64,000 bases of DNA from Candidatus Daviesbacteria bacterium (GCA_016184225.1 JACPDA010000004.1:409671-473670); one strand, 5' to 3'. Positions 29,806 to 39,823 are shown, numbered from the stretch's first letter. Notes: generated from the sequence alone by a model not told the origin. A program made the numbers and translations.

Positions 29806-31695
29806 ATGAATAAAGTAGTTAACAAAAGATCTTTGTGGATATTTTTATTGTGTGCCGTAGTTGTGGTTTTGACCCAATTTTCAATTTTACGGCCGATTAT
29901 AGATTTTTCGCTATTTACAGAAGATGATTGGAATTGGCTTTTTTATTTTAGATCTTTGCCGGATCTCAATTTTTTGCAAAAATTATTTTTAACATGGACA
30001 AAAATTGGCATACATGAAGGCGGATATGCAATTTATATAGGCATATTGGGGATACTTTTCGGAAATCATTATTCCCTATATCAATATGTAAATATAGCTT
30101 TCAAAATAATCGCGACCCTCACCCTTTTCCCTTTAATTTTAATCCTTTTTAGAAACAGACTGCTGGCGTTGCTGACTACTGTAATCTACGGGATAAATTC
30201 AGCATCAACAGGTTCCTTTTATTGGTTTATGAAAGGTGGTATTTTCCCAGCGATAGCACTTATGAATTTATTTTTCATTACCTATTACTATACCATGATA
30301 AAAAAAACAAAAATTTTGTTAATGGTATCTTCAGTTTTGATAATTCTGTCTTATTTAAATTCCCCCACCAGAATATTTCCACTCTTTTTTATAATTTTCG
30401 GCGTTGAAACTTATTGGATAATTAAATATAAATCACCAACTACGGTTAAAAATTCTATCATCAGGCTTGTGTGTTTTTTACTGCCTTCAATATTAATTGC
30501 TATGATAGCGCCTGTATCCCCCAATGGAAGGGTTGTTGAAACGCCGGGCGTTTTGCTAAGTCAAATTCTGGCAGGAAATTGGTTTAATCTTCTTTCTCCG
30601 TTTGCAGGTATTGGATATTCTCTTTTGACTGTTGAGAATATGAGAATTTTTGGATTTATGGATTTTTCTACTTTTGCCAGTCTAAATAATTATTTATCCT
30701 ATCTTGCGAAAGGAAGCGTTTGGATTTTTCTATTATCTTTATTTTTTCTTTCACTCTTAATACCGAGAAAGCCTTTACGGTTTATTATCACAGCTTTTTG
30801 TATAAACTTTGTTTTGGATATCCTGATGTATTTTATAGCAAGCCACCACTTGACTATTGCCCCGGGGTTAGTTCAACAAATGGACCCATCCTTATTTTTT
30901 CTAACTAAGTATCCAACCCTGGTGGCGATTTTTATTCTGGTGGTGGCTTTGATGGCATTTTGGGAATGGTTAAAAGGAAAAAAAGATTACTTGTTGGTGG
31001 CGATAACCATTGGGCCGGTATTTTCATTAATATTTCTTTCTTTAATGTGGGTAACCATAGCTTATTTGCTGGACGGATATAACAGTATCCATTATTATTT
31101 TCAGATACCGGCAATTGGTATTTCACTTTTCTTTGCTGCTGTTTTGGTTTTATTTTATAAAAAGTTTAAGAAAAAGTATGCACGGATGTTAGTAGCAGTA
31201 ATGATTACCGGGATTATTATTGGTTTTTATCGATCGAGCAGTTTTGCAATTAACCGCGAGTTTTTAGGAATTTATCCCGAGAACGTAAGGATAAAAGACC
31301 AACAAATTTTACATGGTAAATTAATAAAGAAAATGGGGGAATTTAATAGAGCAGGTAATATTTTGGTATATTTTGAGCTTCCAAAAGATAATTTAAGCTT
31401 TAAATATTATAAGCGTGCGCTACTTTTGGATTCTATATCATTTGCCACGATGATAAAATGGCAGGTTAAAGGGGATGGATCGGGGTGTATAGGGAGCGTT
31501 AACGATATCAATATTTTAATTTCATCCTATCAACTTAAGGATGGTAAAGAGGGTTTTATAACCAGCGGTAGATGCAGGCAAGTAACAGAAAAGAATGTTT
31601 TTTACAACTTAGACGATCTTTATGCATATAAAGTGGAAAAAGGTGAATTTATAGATATTAAAGATAATTTATTAAAGGAATTAAAACTTCCGTGA
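29806..31695 (+). CDS. 'DDW'-family GT-C-like membrane protein, paralog 5
   Basis: LFTEDDW, SPTRIFP, GNWFNLLSPFAGIG, LVYFE, GCIG and LYAYKV motifs. Confidence 0.65.
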   Translation: MNKVVNKRSLWIFLLCAVVVVLTQFSILRPIIDFSLFTEDDWNWLFYFRSLPDLNFLQKLFLTWTKIGIHEGGYAIYIGILGILFGNHYSLYQYVNIAFKIIATLTLFPLILILFRNRLLALLTTVIYGINSASTGSFYWFMKGGIFPAIALMNLFFITYYYTMIKKTKILLMVSSVLIILSYLNSPTRIFPLFFIIFGVETYWIIKYKSPTTVKNSIIRLVCFLLPSILIAMIAPVSPNGRVVETPGVLLSQILAGNWFNLLSPFAGIGYSLLTVENMRIFGFMDFSTFASLNNYLSYLAKGSVWIFLLSLFFLSLLIPRKPLRFIITAFCINFVLDILMYFIASHHLTIAPGLVQQMDPSLFFLTKYPTLVAIFILVVALMAFWEWLKGKKDYLLVAITIGPVFSLIFLSLMWVTIAYLLDGYNSIHYYFQIPAIGISLFFAAVLVLFYKKFKKKYARMLVAVMITGIIIGFYRSSSFAINREFLGIYPENVRIKDQQILHGKLIKKMGEFNRAGNILVYFELPKDNLSFKYYKRALLLDSISFATMIKWQVKGDGSGCIGSVNDINILISSYQLKDGKEGFITSGRCRQVTEKNVFYNLDDLYAYKVEKGEFIDIKDNLLKELKLP

Positions 31696-32525
31696 ATGAA
31701 TCCAAGCTTGTATCTGTAATTATAACCACAAAGAATGAAGAGGCAGCCATTGGGCGGCTTATTGAATCAATAAAGAAACAAACCTACAAGAATTTGGAAG
31801 TTATTATGGTGGATAATTTTTCCGAAGATAAAACTGCAGAGATCGGAAAAAAATCAGGGATAAAGGTTTATTCCTTCGGTCCGGAAAGAAGCAGCCAGCG
31901 GAATTTTGGAGCAAAACATGCAACAGGTGATTACCTGCTTTTTGTAGATGCCGATATGGAACTTTGCCCGGCGGTATTACAGGAGTGTGTTGAAGTTTGT
32001 AAAAAGGGGAGGCAAGTTGGAGCAGTAATTATTCCAGAAAGGTCAATAGGTAACACATTTTGGGAAAAAGTTAAGGCATTTGAGCGGTCTTTTTATAATC
32101 TGGAAGGGGATAGCTTTACGGATGCAGCCAGATTTTTTACAAAAGAGGCATTTAATGCGACCGGGGGATATGATGAAAGGATTACGGGTCCTGAGGACTG
32201 GGATTTGCCTGAAAGCGTTAAAAACTTGGGGTTTAAAATCGGCAGGATAGTTTCAGTCATTTATCATTATGAAAGAATTAGTTCACCTTTAGCTTTGGCA
32301 CGTAAAAAATTTTATTACGCGCTTAAATCACACCGGTATTTAAATAAACAAAAAATTTCCGTATTCAGTCCGAAAACGATATATTTTTTAAGACCGGTGT
32401 TCTATAAACATTACGATAAAATCCTTTCCCATCCGGTTTTATCTTTAGGGATGATTATTATGTTGTTTCTGGAACTGGCCGGTGGCGGACTAGGTTATAT
32501 AACAGGAAGGATTAAGAAGTTTTGA
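31692..32525 (+). CDS. GT2 glycosyltransferase
   Basis: TTKNEE, VDNFSED, FVDADM and GGYDE-EDWD motifs. Confidence 0.9.
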   Translation: MNESKLVSVIITTKNEEAAIGRLIESIKKQTYKNLEVIMVDNFSEDKTAEIGKKSGIKVYSFGPERSSQRNFGAKHATGDYLLFVDADMELCPAVLQECVEVCKKGRQVGAVIIPERSIGNTFWEKVKAFERSFYNLEGDSFTDAARFFTKEAFNATGGYDERITGPEDWDLPESVKNLGFKIGRIVSVIYHYERISSPLALARKKFYYALKSHRYLNKQKISVFSPKTIYFLRPVFYKHYDKILSHPVLSLGMIIMLFLELAGGGLGYITGRIKKF

Positions 32526-33652
32526 AAATTTTACAACTGACTGCACATTTTAGACCCAATATCGGAGGAGTGGAAACTCATCTTGATGATTTATGTAAAG
32601 CTTTAGCCGAAAAAGGTTTTAAAGTAACGGTACTGACATATCGGCCTTTGCAAACAAAAACTGGTTGGAAAATAATAGAGAGGGAGAAAAATATTGAGAT
32701 AATCAGGCTCCCTTGGATATCAAATTTGTTTTATAAACTGGTCAAATCCCCCTTTTTAGAGTTTCTTTACCTTCTCCCAGGCCTTTTTTTCTGGTCCCCA
32801 TTTGTCATACTGTTGAAAAAAATTGATGTGATTCATTCGCATGGTTTAGTAGCTGGGTTTGTTGGAGTATTTTGGGGAAAGATCTTTAATAAAAGAACTG
32901 TTGTATCTATACACAGTATTTATCATTTTCCTAAAAAAGGGCTGTACAGGGATTTTGTCGGTTGGATATTTAAAAATGCTGATTATTGTTTGGGATTATC
33001 GAAACAATCAGCAGAGGAAATTAGATCCCTAGGAATACCGGCAAAAAAGGTTGACAATTTTACTTACTGGATAGACTTACATAAGTTTAAAGTTCAAAAT
33101 TCAAAGTTAAAAATTAAAAAACAGTTAGGATGGGAATATAAATTTACAGTTTTGTTTGTTGGGAGATTGGTTGAAGGAAAGGGTGTAGAAGAACTTTTAG
33201 AGTCTGTTCGAAAATGGCATAGAGCAATAGATTTAAAAATTATTGGTGCAGGTCCTTTGGAAGACATGGTTAAAAAAGCTGCAGAAAAAAATAAAAATTT
33301 AGAATTTATCGGCACTATTGATCAGAATAGATTACCCCTGTATTACAGCGTAGCTGATTTATTGATTGTGCCTTCAACCTCTGAGGAGGGATTTGGCAGG
33401 GTTATCCTTGAAAGCCTTGCCTGTGGAACTCCCATACTGGGAGCAAAAAAAGGAGCTATACCTGAAGCAATGAATGAAACAGTCGGTAGGTTTCTAGAAG
33501 TCAGTCCTCTTAATATCAAAAATAAGGTAGAATATTTTTTTAACAATAAAAATATATTAAAAAAATTGTCACAAAATGCCAGAAAATTTGCTGAGAGGAG
33601 ATATTCGGAAAACAATGCAGAAAAAATTATTAATACATACAAAGCTGGATAA
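32522..33652 (+). CDS. GT4 glycosyltransferase
   Basis: GGVETH, FVGRLVEGKG and EGFGRVILESLACGTP motifs. Confidence 0.9.
   Translation: MKILQLTAHFRPNIGGVETHLDDLCKALAEKGFKVTVLTYRPLQTKTGWKIIEREKNIEIIRLPWISNLFYKLVKSPFLEFLYLLPGLFFWSPFVILLKKIDVIHSHGLVAGFVGVFWGKIFNKRTVVSIHSIYHFPKKGLYRDFVGWIFKNADYCLGLSKQSAEEIRSLGIPAKKVDNFTYWIDLHKFKVQNSKLKIKKQLGWEYKFTVLFVGRLVEGKGVEELLESVRKWHRAIDLKIIGAGPLEDMVKKAAEKNKNLEFIGTIDQNRLPLYYSVADLLIVPSTSEEGFGRVILESLACGTPILGAKKGAIPEAMNETVGRFLEVSPLNIKNKVEYFFNNKNILKKLSQNARKFAERRYSENNAEKIINTYKAG
33083..33117 (+). repeat. Degenerate heptamer tandem repeat (AARTTHA x5) inside the GT4 CDS
   Basis: aagttta aagttca aaattca aagttaa aaattaa, encoding KFKVQNSKLKIK. Confidence 0.7.
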
Positions 33653-34457
33653 ATTACTCGCAAATGTCGGAGATATGGCTCTTAAGGCAAGAGCACTTAA
33701 TATTGTACATGGTTTTGATCTTTCGGAAGGAGACAGGATACTGGATGTCGGCTGCGGCAATGGATATTACTTGTATCTTCTTAATAATCTTGGAGTCAAA
33801 TTAACCTTGACAGGTATAGATCAGGATAAAAATGCATTGCAATCTGCAGAAGGTTTGATAGATAGGAAAAAAATCAAAATATTTAAAGGTGGTGCTACAA
33901 GACTCCCTTTTAAGAATTCTTCTTTTGATAAAGTTTTAATTTCTGAAGTGATTGAACACATTGAAGATGAAGAAAAAGCTTTATCAGAAATAAGAAGAGT
34001 TTTGAAACCAAACGGCCTTTTGATTTTGACTACGTGCAACATAGATTATCCTTTTTTTTGGGATCCTGTTAACTGGCTGTTACAGCGATTATTTAAAACC
34101 CATATTAAATCAGGCTTTTGGGCAGGAATCTGGAATCAGCATATCAGGTTATATAAACAGGACCGGCTGAAAAATCTTCTTATTAAGTGCAATTTTAAAG
34201 TTGAAGAAATAGAGCCGTTAACATTTTGGTGTATTCCTTTTAATCATTATTTTGTTAATTTTATGGCAAGGCTTTTTTATTCAAAGAAACTTCCTAAAAA
34301 TATATCTGCAGGGATAAATAAGTTTGGAACAGGACGGCAAACAACATTAACGAAAATTATTTTTTGTGTAGTTAATAAAATAGATTCACTTAATAATTTA
34401 TTCCCTCAAAAAACAGGTGTATCAATTTTTGTCAAGGCGATAAAAGTTTCAGCATAG
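33615..34457 (+). CDS. Class I SAM-dependent methyltransferase (Methyltransf_11-like)
   Basis: ILDVGCGNG, LPF-SFD, SEVIEH and EIRRVLKP motifs. Start at 33615 preferred over 33576. Confidence 0.85.
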   Translation: MQKKLLIHTKLDKLLANVGDMALKARALNIVHGFDLSEGDRILDVGCGNGYYLYLLNNLGVKLTLTGIDQDKNALQSAEGLIDRKKIKIFKGGATRLPFKNSSFDKVLISEVIEHIEDEEKALSEIRRVLKPNGLLILTTCNIDYPFFWDPVNWLLQRLFKTHIKSGFWAGIWNQHIRLYKQDRLKNLLIKCNFKVEEIEPLTFWCIPFNHYFVNFMARLFYSKKLPKNISAGINKFGTGRQTTLTKIIFCVVNKIDSLNNLFPQKTGVSIFVKAIKVSA

Positions 34458-34466
34458 AGTGATTTT

Positions 34467-35948
34467 TTATATCAGTTTGGCTCTTTTTAACTCTTCGTCT
34501 AATCTGGCTGGATCATTTTCCCTAAAATGTATGGATCGGAGGCCATATCTGGCGCGGGCAGTAGTTGTATAGACAGGGTTATCATCTATAAACAAAACTG
34601 ATTGAGGATTAGGGTTACTGAGCCGTTTAAGCAGGATCTGAAAAGCAGGACTATTAGTTTCTATTTTTGCAGTATTTATTCTACTAGAGATAAGGATGTG
34701 ATCCGGGGGAATTTGGGGATATTCCTTTGCAATCCAGTTAAAGACTGTGGTAGCTACCGGGTGTATGCAATCTGACAGGACATAAAGTTGGATATTGGGG
34801 TTTTGGGCGAGTGATCGAACCAAATCCTGCATTCCATTTATCGGATTATAAATTTCAGGTTGTCTAAAAGGTGCCCTGGCCTGGTCAAGATTTTCCGGAT
34901 AAGGCTGCCCCATTTTGTCCCAAAACCTCCTTAAATATTCCTCCTCACTTATTTTGTTACCAAAAGCTTCTGGGTTTAAATCATTCATAGCCAAAATAAC
35001 ATCTTCATAAGCTTGGCTAAAAAAACTTGCCAAACCCTTGAATAAAGCAGAATCGGCGTCTTGGAAAAGAACACCTCCTGCATCAAATACAACAGTTTCA
35101 ACAGGAGGTCTTTTGAGAGTCTCATCGACTTTTGGATCCAAAGTTTCTTGAGCCTCATTAAGATTCCTTAAATACCTTTGATTGTTCTGGAGAGAAAATT
35201 CTTCAAATGCGTCTTTACATATCTCTTCTATTGTAATCCCGTATCTCATCCTTAAAAATTCTATTTCATCAAAAACTAAATCGATTGCCAGTTTTTGTTT
35301 GCCTTTTTCGGCTAATGCCCGAAGTCCAAATCTTTCCGAAGCAAAAATCCCCCCTGCGTATCTACGGAGTTGTGTTTCATTGTATCTTTTCTTTTGAGCA
35401 ATGGAAAAAGGAGCTCCATCGGGATTTAACTTACCTAGATTATCAGCAAGATCTAAAATGATTTGCGGCAAAGTTAGATCGTTAATACTTATTACTACTT
35501 TTCCTCTGCCTAAAATTTGGGGTATTGGAGGATGTTTAGCTTCCAGATTTTGTCTTACTCCGATATTTCTGTCAAAAAGTCGATTGACAACGTTTTTTCT
35601 AAAATACCGGTGCGGTATTACAAGAGAGCCAACATCGTCAAAAAACTGCAGGACTTCCGCTTCATAAGGATACAACTGATCCGATCCGACATTTTGGGCT
35701 ATGTGTCTTGCTATTATTGAACTGTAAACAATGTGTTCCCAATAACTTGGGAAGACTCTAAGGTGGGCATAAGGTGCTACTAATAATATTGCAAGTCTTG
35801 TCTTTACAACATCCTCGTCTGTAAAAGGTTTATCCTGAACCAATGCTGTAGCAGCCAAACTATCCTTTAAGATTTCTGTTATAACCGGCCCTCTGATTTT
35901 AACATCAGCTCTTTCGGTTTGCAGTATCGCGTTAGCAGTTCTTTCCAT
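34467..35948 (-). CDS. Fusion of a degenerate HD-like domain and a HAD-IA phosphatase
   Basis: N-terminal WEH...FFDDVG...LADNLGK (HD-fold spacing). C-terminal VVFDAGGVLF, YVLSD and LFIDDN HAD motifs. Confidence 0.6.
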   Translation of the reverse strand: MERTANAILQTERADVKIRGPVITEILKDSLAATALVQDKPFTDEDVVKTRLAILLVAPYAHLRVFPSYWEHIVYSSIIARHIAQNVGSDQLYPYEAEVLQFFDDVGSLVIPHRYFRKNVVNRLFDRNIGVRQNLEAKHPPIPQILGRGKVVISINDLTLPQIILDLADNLGKLNPDGAPFSIAQKKRYNETQLRRYAGGIFASERFGLRALAEKGKQKLAIDLVFDEIEFLRMRYGITIEEICKDAFEEFSLQNNQRYLRNLNEAQETLDPKVDETLKRPPVETVVFDAGGVLFQDADSALFKGLASFFSQAYEDVILAMNDLNPEAFGNKISEEEYLRRFWDKMGQPYPENLDQARAPFRQPEIYNPINGMQDLVRSLAQNPNIQLYVLSDCIHPVATTVFNWIAKEYPQIPPDHILISSRINTAKIETNSPAFQILLKRLSNPNPQSVLFIDDNPVYTTTARARYGLRSIHFRENDPARLDEELKRAKLI

Positions 35949-35972
35949 GTTATGGGATTTTAGCAGATTTAT

Positions 35973-36001
35973 TTGACGAAAGCCAAACTTTAAGCTAAAC
36001 T
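35973..36001 (+). promoter_or_regulatory. sigma70-type promoter, near-leaderless
   Basis: TTGACG-17nt-TAAACT, 9 nt before ATG 36011. A divergent extended -10 (TGcTAAAAT) lies 8 nt before ATG 35948. Confidence 0.65.
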
Positions 36002-36010
36002 CTTTGGCAA

Positions 36011-37021
36011 ATGATAAATTGTGGATTAATCGGTTATGGATACTGGGGACCGAATATTGCTAAATCTTTAAACAGGATTAAGGGTATTAATTTGGCGGTT
36101 ATTTGCGATAAGGATTTAGGTAGACGTAAAGAAGCTAAACTATTATATCCTCGCGCTGAAATTACCAACGGTGTTGATTTTTTATTTAATCACGCGAATT
36201 TGGATGTAATTATAATTGCAAGTCCTGCCAGCACTCATTATGAACTGGCTGTTAAAGGTTTAAAAGCAGGCAAACATCTTTTAGTAGAAAAACCACTAAC
36301 TTTAACTGTTAAGGAGGCTGAAGATTTAATTCGGATTAATGATAAAGCAAAAAGGGTAGTGATGGTGGGTCATACTTTTGAATATAACCCTGTAGTTTTG
36401 AAGATAAAAAAAATAACTAAGGAGGAAAATTTTGGCAAAATTTATTATATTTATTCAACCAGAGTGAATTTAGGACAGATCAGAGGGGATGTAAATGCGC
36501 TGTGGAATCTGGCACCTCATGATATTTCTATATTAAATTTTCTTTTGGACAAAAACCCCGAGCAAGTGATGGCAGCAGGCGCATCTTTTTTACAGAAAGA
36601 TATTGAAGATGTGGTTTTTATAATACTCCGCTATCCTAATAATGTTTTAGCAGAAATACATCTTAGTTGGTTGGATCCTGCTAAGGAAAGAAAGGTTACT
36701 GTGGTGGGTTCAAAAAAAATGCTGGTTTTTGATGACTTAGATAATGAGATGCCTCTTAAGATTTATGATAAAAGAGCGGATACAAACGAGATTGCAAAAG
36801 GTCTAGCTACAGAGTATAAGATTAAATTGCATTCTGGTGATATTTATGCTCCTCAGATTGAAAATAAGGAGCCTCTTTTAGAAGAACTAGATCACTTTTT
36901 TGATTGTATAAAATACAATAAAAAACCATTAACGGATTTAGAAAATGGTTTAAGAGTAGTTAAGGTTTTAGAAGCGTGTCAAAATTCTCTACAAAATAAT
37001 GGAAAATGGGTAAAAATCTAA
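36011..37021 (+). CDS. Gfo/Idh/MocA oxidoreductase (WbpB/WlbA-like NDP-sugar 3-dehydrogenase)
   Basis: GYGYWG, VEKP, VGHTF and LAPHDIS motifs. Adjacent to an acetyltransferase and an aminotransferase. Confidence 0.8.
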   Translation: MINCGLIGYGYWGPNIAKSLNRIKGINLAVICDKDLGRRKEAKLLYPRAEITNGVDFLFNHANLDVIIIASPASTHYELAVKGLKAGKHLLVEKPLTLTVKEAEDLIRINDKAKRVVMVGHTFEYNPVVLKIKKITKEENFGKIYYIYSTRVNLGQIRGDVNALWNLAPHDISILNFLLDKNPEQVMAAGASFLQKDIEDVVFIILRYPNNVLAEIHLSWLDPAKERKVTVVGSKKMLVFDDLDNEMPLKIYDKRADTNEIAKGLATEYKIKLHSGDIYAPQIENKEPLLEELDHFFDCIKYNKKPLTDLENGLRVVKVLEACQNSLQNNGKWVKI

Positions 37022-37572
37022 AAAATATAAAAACTGAAGAGTTTGTGGTTATAGAATCAGGTTCAACTTTTGGAGACGGTTGTTTAATCCGATCGCATAC
37101 AATTATTTACGGCGGAAATAAGATAGGCAATAATTTCCAAACCGGCCATGGAGTTCTGATAAGAGAGAATAATAAAATCGGGAATAATGTAAGCATAGGA
37201 AGTCATAGTGTTGTTGAGCATGATGTCGTAATAGAAGATCATTGCCGGATACATTCCAATGTCTTTATTCCTGAATCTTCAGTTTTAAAAAAAAATTGTT
37301 GGATTGGCCCTTGTGTAGTTTTGACAAATGCCAAATACCCAAGATCTAAAAACGTCAAGCAAAATTTAAAAGGGGTTATAGTATCTGAGAATGCTAAAAT
37401 AGGAGCAGGAGCTGTAATTTTACCCGGAGTTAAAATCGGCCAAAATGCTTTAGTCGGAGCAGGCAGTGTAGTTACAGAAGATGTTTTAGAAAATGTAGTT
37501 GTTGCGGGAAACCCGGCAAAAGTGATAAAAAATATTTCGGAAATAAAAGCTTATGAAGAAACAAATCTTTAA
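37006..37572 (+). CDS. Left-handed beta-helix N-acetyltransferase (WbpD/WlbB-like)
   Basis: Hexapeptide repeats, IGP-VVLTNAKYP and VGAGSVVT-DV-VAGNPA motifs. Confidence 0.85.
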   Translation: MGKNLKNIKTEEFVVIESGSTFGDGCLIRSHTIIYGGNKIGNNFQTGHGVLIRENNKIGNNVSIGSHSVVEHDVVIEDHCRIHSNVFIPESSVLKKNCWIGPCVVLTNAKYPRSKNVKQNLKGVIVSENAKIGAGAVILPGVKIGQNALVGAGSVVTEDVLENVVVAGNPAKVIKNISEIKAYEETNL

Positions 37573-38671
37573 AAAAATATCATTAATGGATTTGCCGGGG
37601 CAATATAAAGAAGTGGAGAAAGAAGTATTGCCGGTTGTAAAGCGGGTCCTAAAATCCGGTCGTTATGTAATGGGTCCGGAAGTGGCAGAATTTGAGAAAA
37701 ATTTCGCCAAATTCTGTCATGCCAAATATTGTATTGGTACAAGCTCTGGTACAGAATCGTTGCTACTGACTCTAATGGCTTTAAATATTGGGTTGGGTGA
37801 TGAAGTGATTACAGTTCCTAATACCTTTACTGCAACTGCAGAGGTGATAGTACTTGTTGGCGCAACTCCGGTTTTTTGCGACATCGATCCGAAAACAAAA
37901 AATATGGATCCTAAATCCTTAAAAACAAAGATTACCAAAAGAACTAAGGCTGTAATTCCTGTTCACTTGCATGGTAATCCGGTGGATCTGGACGGAATAT
38001 ATAAATTAACAAAATCTAAAAAGATTGCCGTAATAGAAGATGCCGCTCAGGCTCACGGTGCACGATATAAAGGTAAGGTAATTGGTTCCCACAGTAGTGA
38101 ATTTGTCTGCTTTAGTTTTCACCCTGTTAAAAATTTAGGAGCTTTTGGAGATGCCGGAGCAGTTGTAACAAAGAATCCTAAACTGGCGGAAGTGGTGAGA
38201 AAACTTTCTAATCATGGCAGGGAAGACCACTACTTCCATAGCCTAGTGGGTACAACCGGCAGGTTGGATGCAATACAGGGAGCAATTCTGGATGTTAAAC
38301 TTAAAAGACTTAATAAATGGATAAAAGCAAAAAGCCGATGGGCAGGTTATTACAAAAAGAAATTGTCCGGTATCTGTAGATTTATTGAAACAACAAAAAG
38401 TGGGGAAAGCGCTCATCATGTAGTGGCAGTTTTGACCAGCCGTAGAGACGAGCTGTCAGTATATCTTAAAAGTTTTGGTATTGAAACAGGGGTGCATTAT
38501 CCGACTCCCCTGCATATTCAGCCGGCGTACAAATTTTTAGGTTATAAAGAAGGTGATTTTCCAATTGCTGAAAAATATGCTAAAGAAACTCTTTCCCTGC
38601 CCCTATATGCGCATATGAAACAAAAAGATATTGATTTGATAATAGAAAAAATCCGCGACTTTTATTTATGA
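37553..38671 (+). CDS. DegT/DnrJ/EryC1/StrS aminotransferase (WbpE/WlbC-like)
   Basis: EDAAQAHG, SFHPVKNLGAFGDAG (PLP lysine), RLDAIQ and VHYPTP motifs. Confidence 0.9.
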   Translation: MKKQIFKKISLMDLPGQYKEVEKEVLPVVKRVLKSGRYVMGPEVAEFEKNFAKFCHAKYCIGTSSGTESLLLTLMALNIGLGDEVITVPNTFTATAEVIVLVGATPVFCDIDPKTKNMDPKSLKTKITKRTKAVIPVHLHGNPVDLDGIYKLTKSKKIAVIEDAAQAHGARYKGKVIGSHSSEFVCFSFHPVKNLGAFGDAGAVVTKNPKLAEVVRKLSNHGREDHYFHSLVGTTGRLDAIQGAILDVKLKRLNKWIKAKSRWAGYYKKKLSGICRFIETTKSGESAHHVVAVLTSRRDELSVYLKSFGIETGVHYPTPLHIQPAYKFLGYKEGDFPIAEKYAKETLSLPLYAHMKQKDIDLIIEKIRDFYL

Positions 38672-39636
38672 AAAAATCAGTAAAAATCTCCGGTAAGAAG
38701 ATACTTATCACTGGCGGCGGGGGTTTTATCGGCAGTTTTCTGACAGAGCGTTTTTATAAAGATAATAAGGTAACTCTTTTTGATAACGGACGTAGGAATT
38801 CTTTCCGTTTTCTCGATCAATCAATACAAAGAAAAGTAAGTTTGATAAACGGGGATATCCGGGACGAAGAAATCGTTAAGAAGATTGTTAAGGGTCAGAA
38901 TATCGTTATTCATCTGGCAGCAATTGCCGGGGCATCTTTTTATGAAACAGATCCTTTGCTGACTTTGGAGGTAAATCTTTTTGGGACTACAAATTTGCTA
39001 AAAGTTTTGGCAGGCAAAAAGATTGAAAGAGTAATTACTTTTTCCACCTCCGAAGTTTACGGATCTTTGGCGAGTGATGTTTCAGAAGATGACTCAACCT
39101 GTATTGGTCCCGTATCCGAAGGTCGGTGGTCGTATGCGGTCTCGAAAGTAGCTTCCGATCATTTGGCCAAAGCATATTTTAAAAAATATGGTCTGCCAGT
39201 TAATATGATAAGGCCTTTTAATATCTATGGACCAAGACAAGTAGGGGAGGGGGCTGTCAGTAATATGTTAACATCGGTCATAAAAACCGGAAAGATTTAT
39301 GTTACGGGTGATGGATCGCAAAAAAGAGCCTGGTGCTACATATCGGATATGGTTAGGGCGGTAGAGCTGATGCTGCAAAAAAATACTTTTGGAGAGTGTT
39401 TCAATATTGGTAATCCTAATGCGTATGTAACTATATTGGAGCTGGCCAAAAAAATTCAGTCTTTATATAAAGGTTCAAAGATAGTTCTTACCAAAGGACG
39501 GGTGGTAGAGGTGTTGGATAGAAAACCCAGTATAGACAAGGCAAAAAATTTATTGGGTTACTATCCTCAAGTTGGACTGGATGATGGTTTGAGAGAAACC
39601 TTTGACTGGTGGAGAAAAAATATCTCTAAATTTTGA
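38668..39636 (+). CDS. NAD-dependent epimerase/dehydratase (UDP-glucuronate decarboxylase/ArnA-like SDR)
   Basis: TGGGGFIG, STSEVYG, RWSYAVSK and RPFNIYGP motifs. Confidence 0.75.
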   Translation: MKKSVKISGKKILITGGGGFIGSFLTERFYKDNKVTLFDNGRRNSFRFLDQSIQRKVSLINGDIRDEEIVKKIVKGQNIVIHLAAIAGASFYETDPLLTLEVNLFGTTNLLKVLAGKKIERVITFSTSEVYGSLASDVSEDDSTCIGPVSEGRWSYAVSKVASDHLAKAYFKKYGLPVNMIRPFNIYGPRQVGEGAVSNMLTSVIKTGKIYVTGDGSQKRAWCYISDMVRAVELMLQKNTFGECFNIGNPNAYVTILELAKKIQSLYKGSKIVLTKGRVVEVLDRKPSIDKAKNLLGYYPQVGLDDGLRETFDWWRKNISKF

Positions 39637-39823
39637 ATATTTAGATTGTTTCTGTCTCAAAAAGTAGAGACTTCATATTCAAATTTAACTCTGCCGCTTT
39701 GACATAATCTGCTTCAATCGTTCTGGACCAAACATCAACTCCAAAATATTTGTTGAAAATTCTAGGATAGATTTGAAAAATATAACTTAATGCTGATATG
39801 ATTAGTCCGATTATAAAAGCCAT
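39626..39823 (-). pseudogene. Internally deleted relic paralog of the 41711..43246 membrane protein
   Basis: N-part QIYPRIFNKYFGVDVW..IEAD matches the paralog's N-terminus. C-part DYVKAAELNLNMKSLLFETETI*IFKI* aligns without gaps to its C-terminus DYSSLKDLGLKKNSVLYETEDMEVIKI*. Confidence 0.85.
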
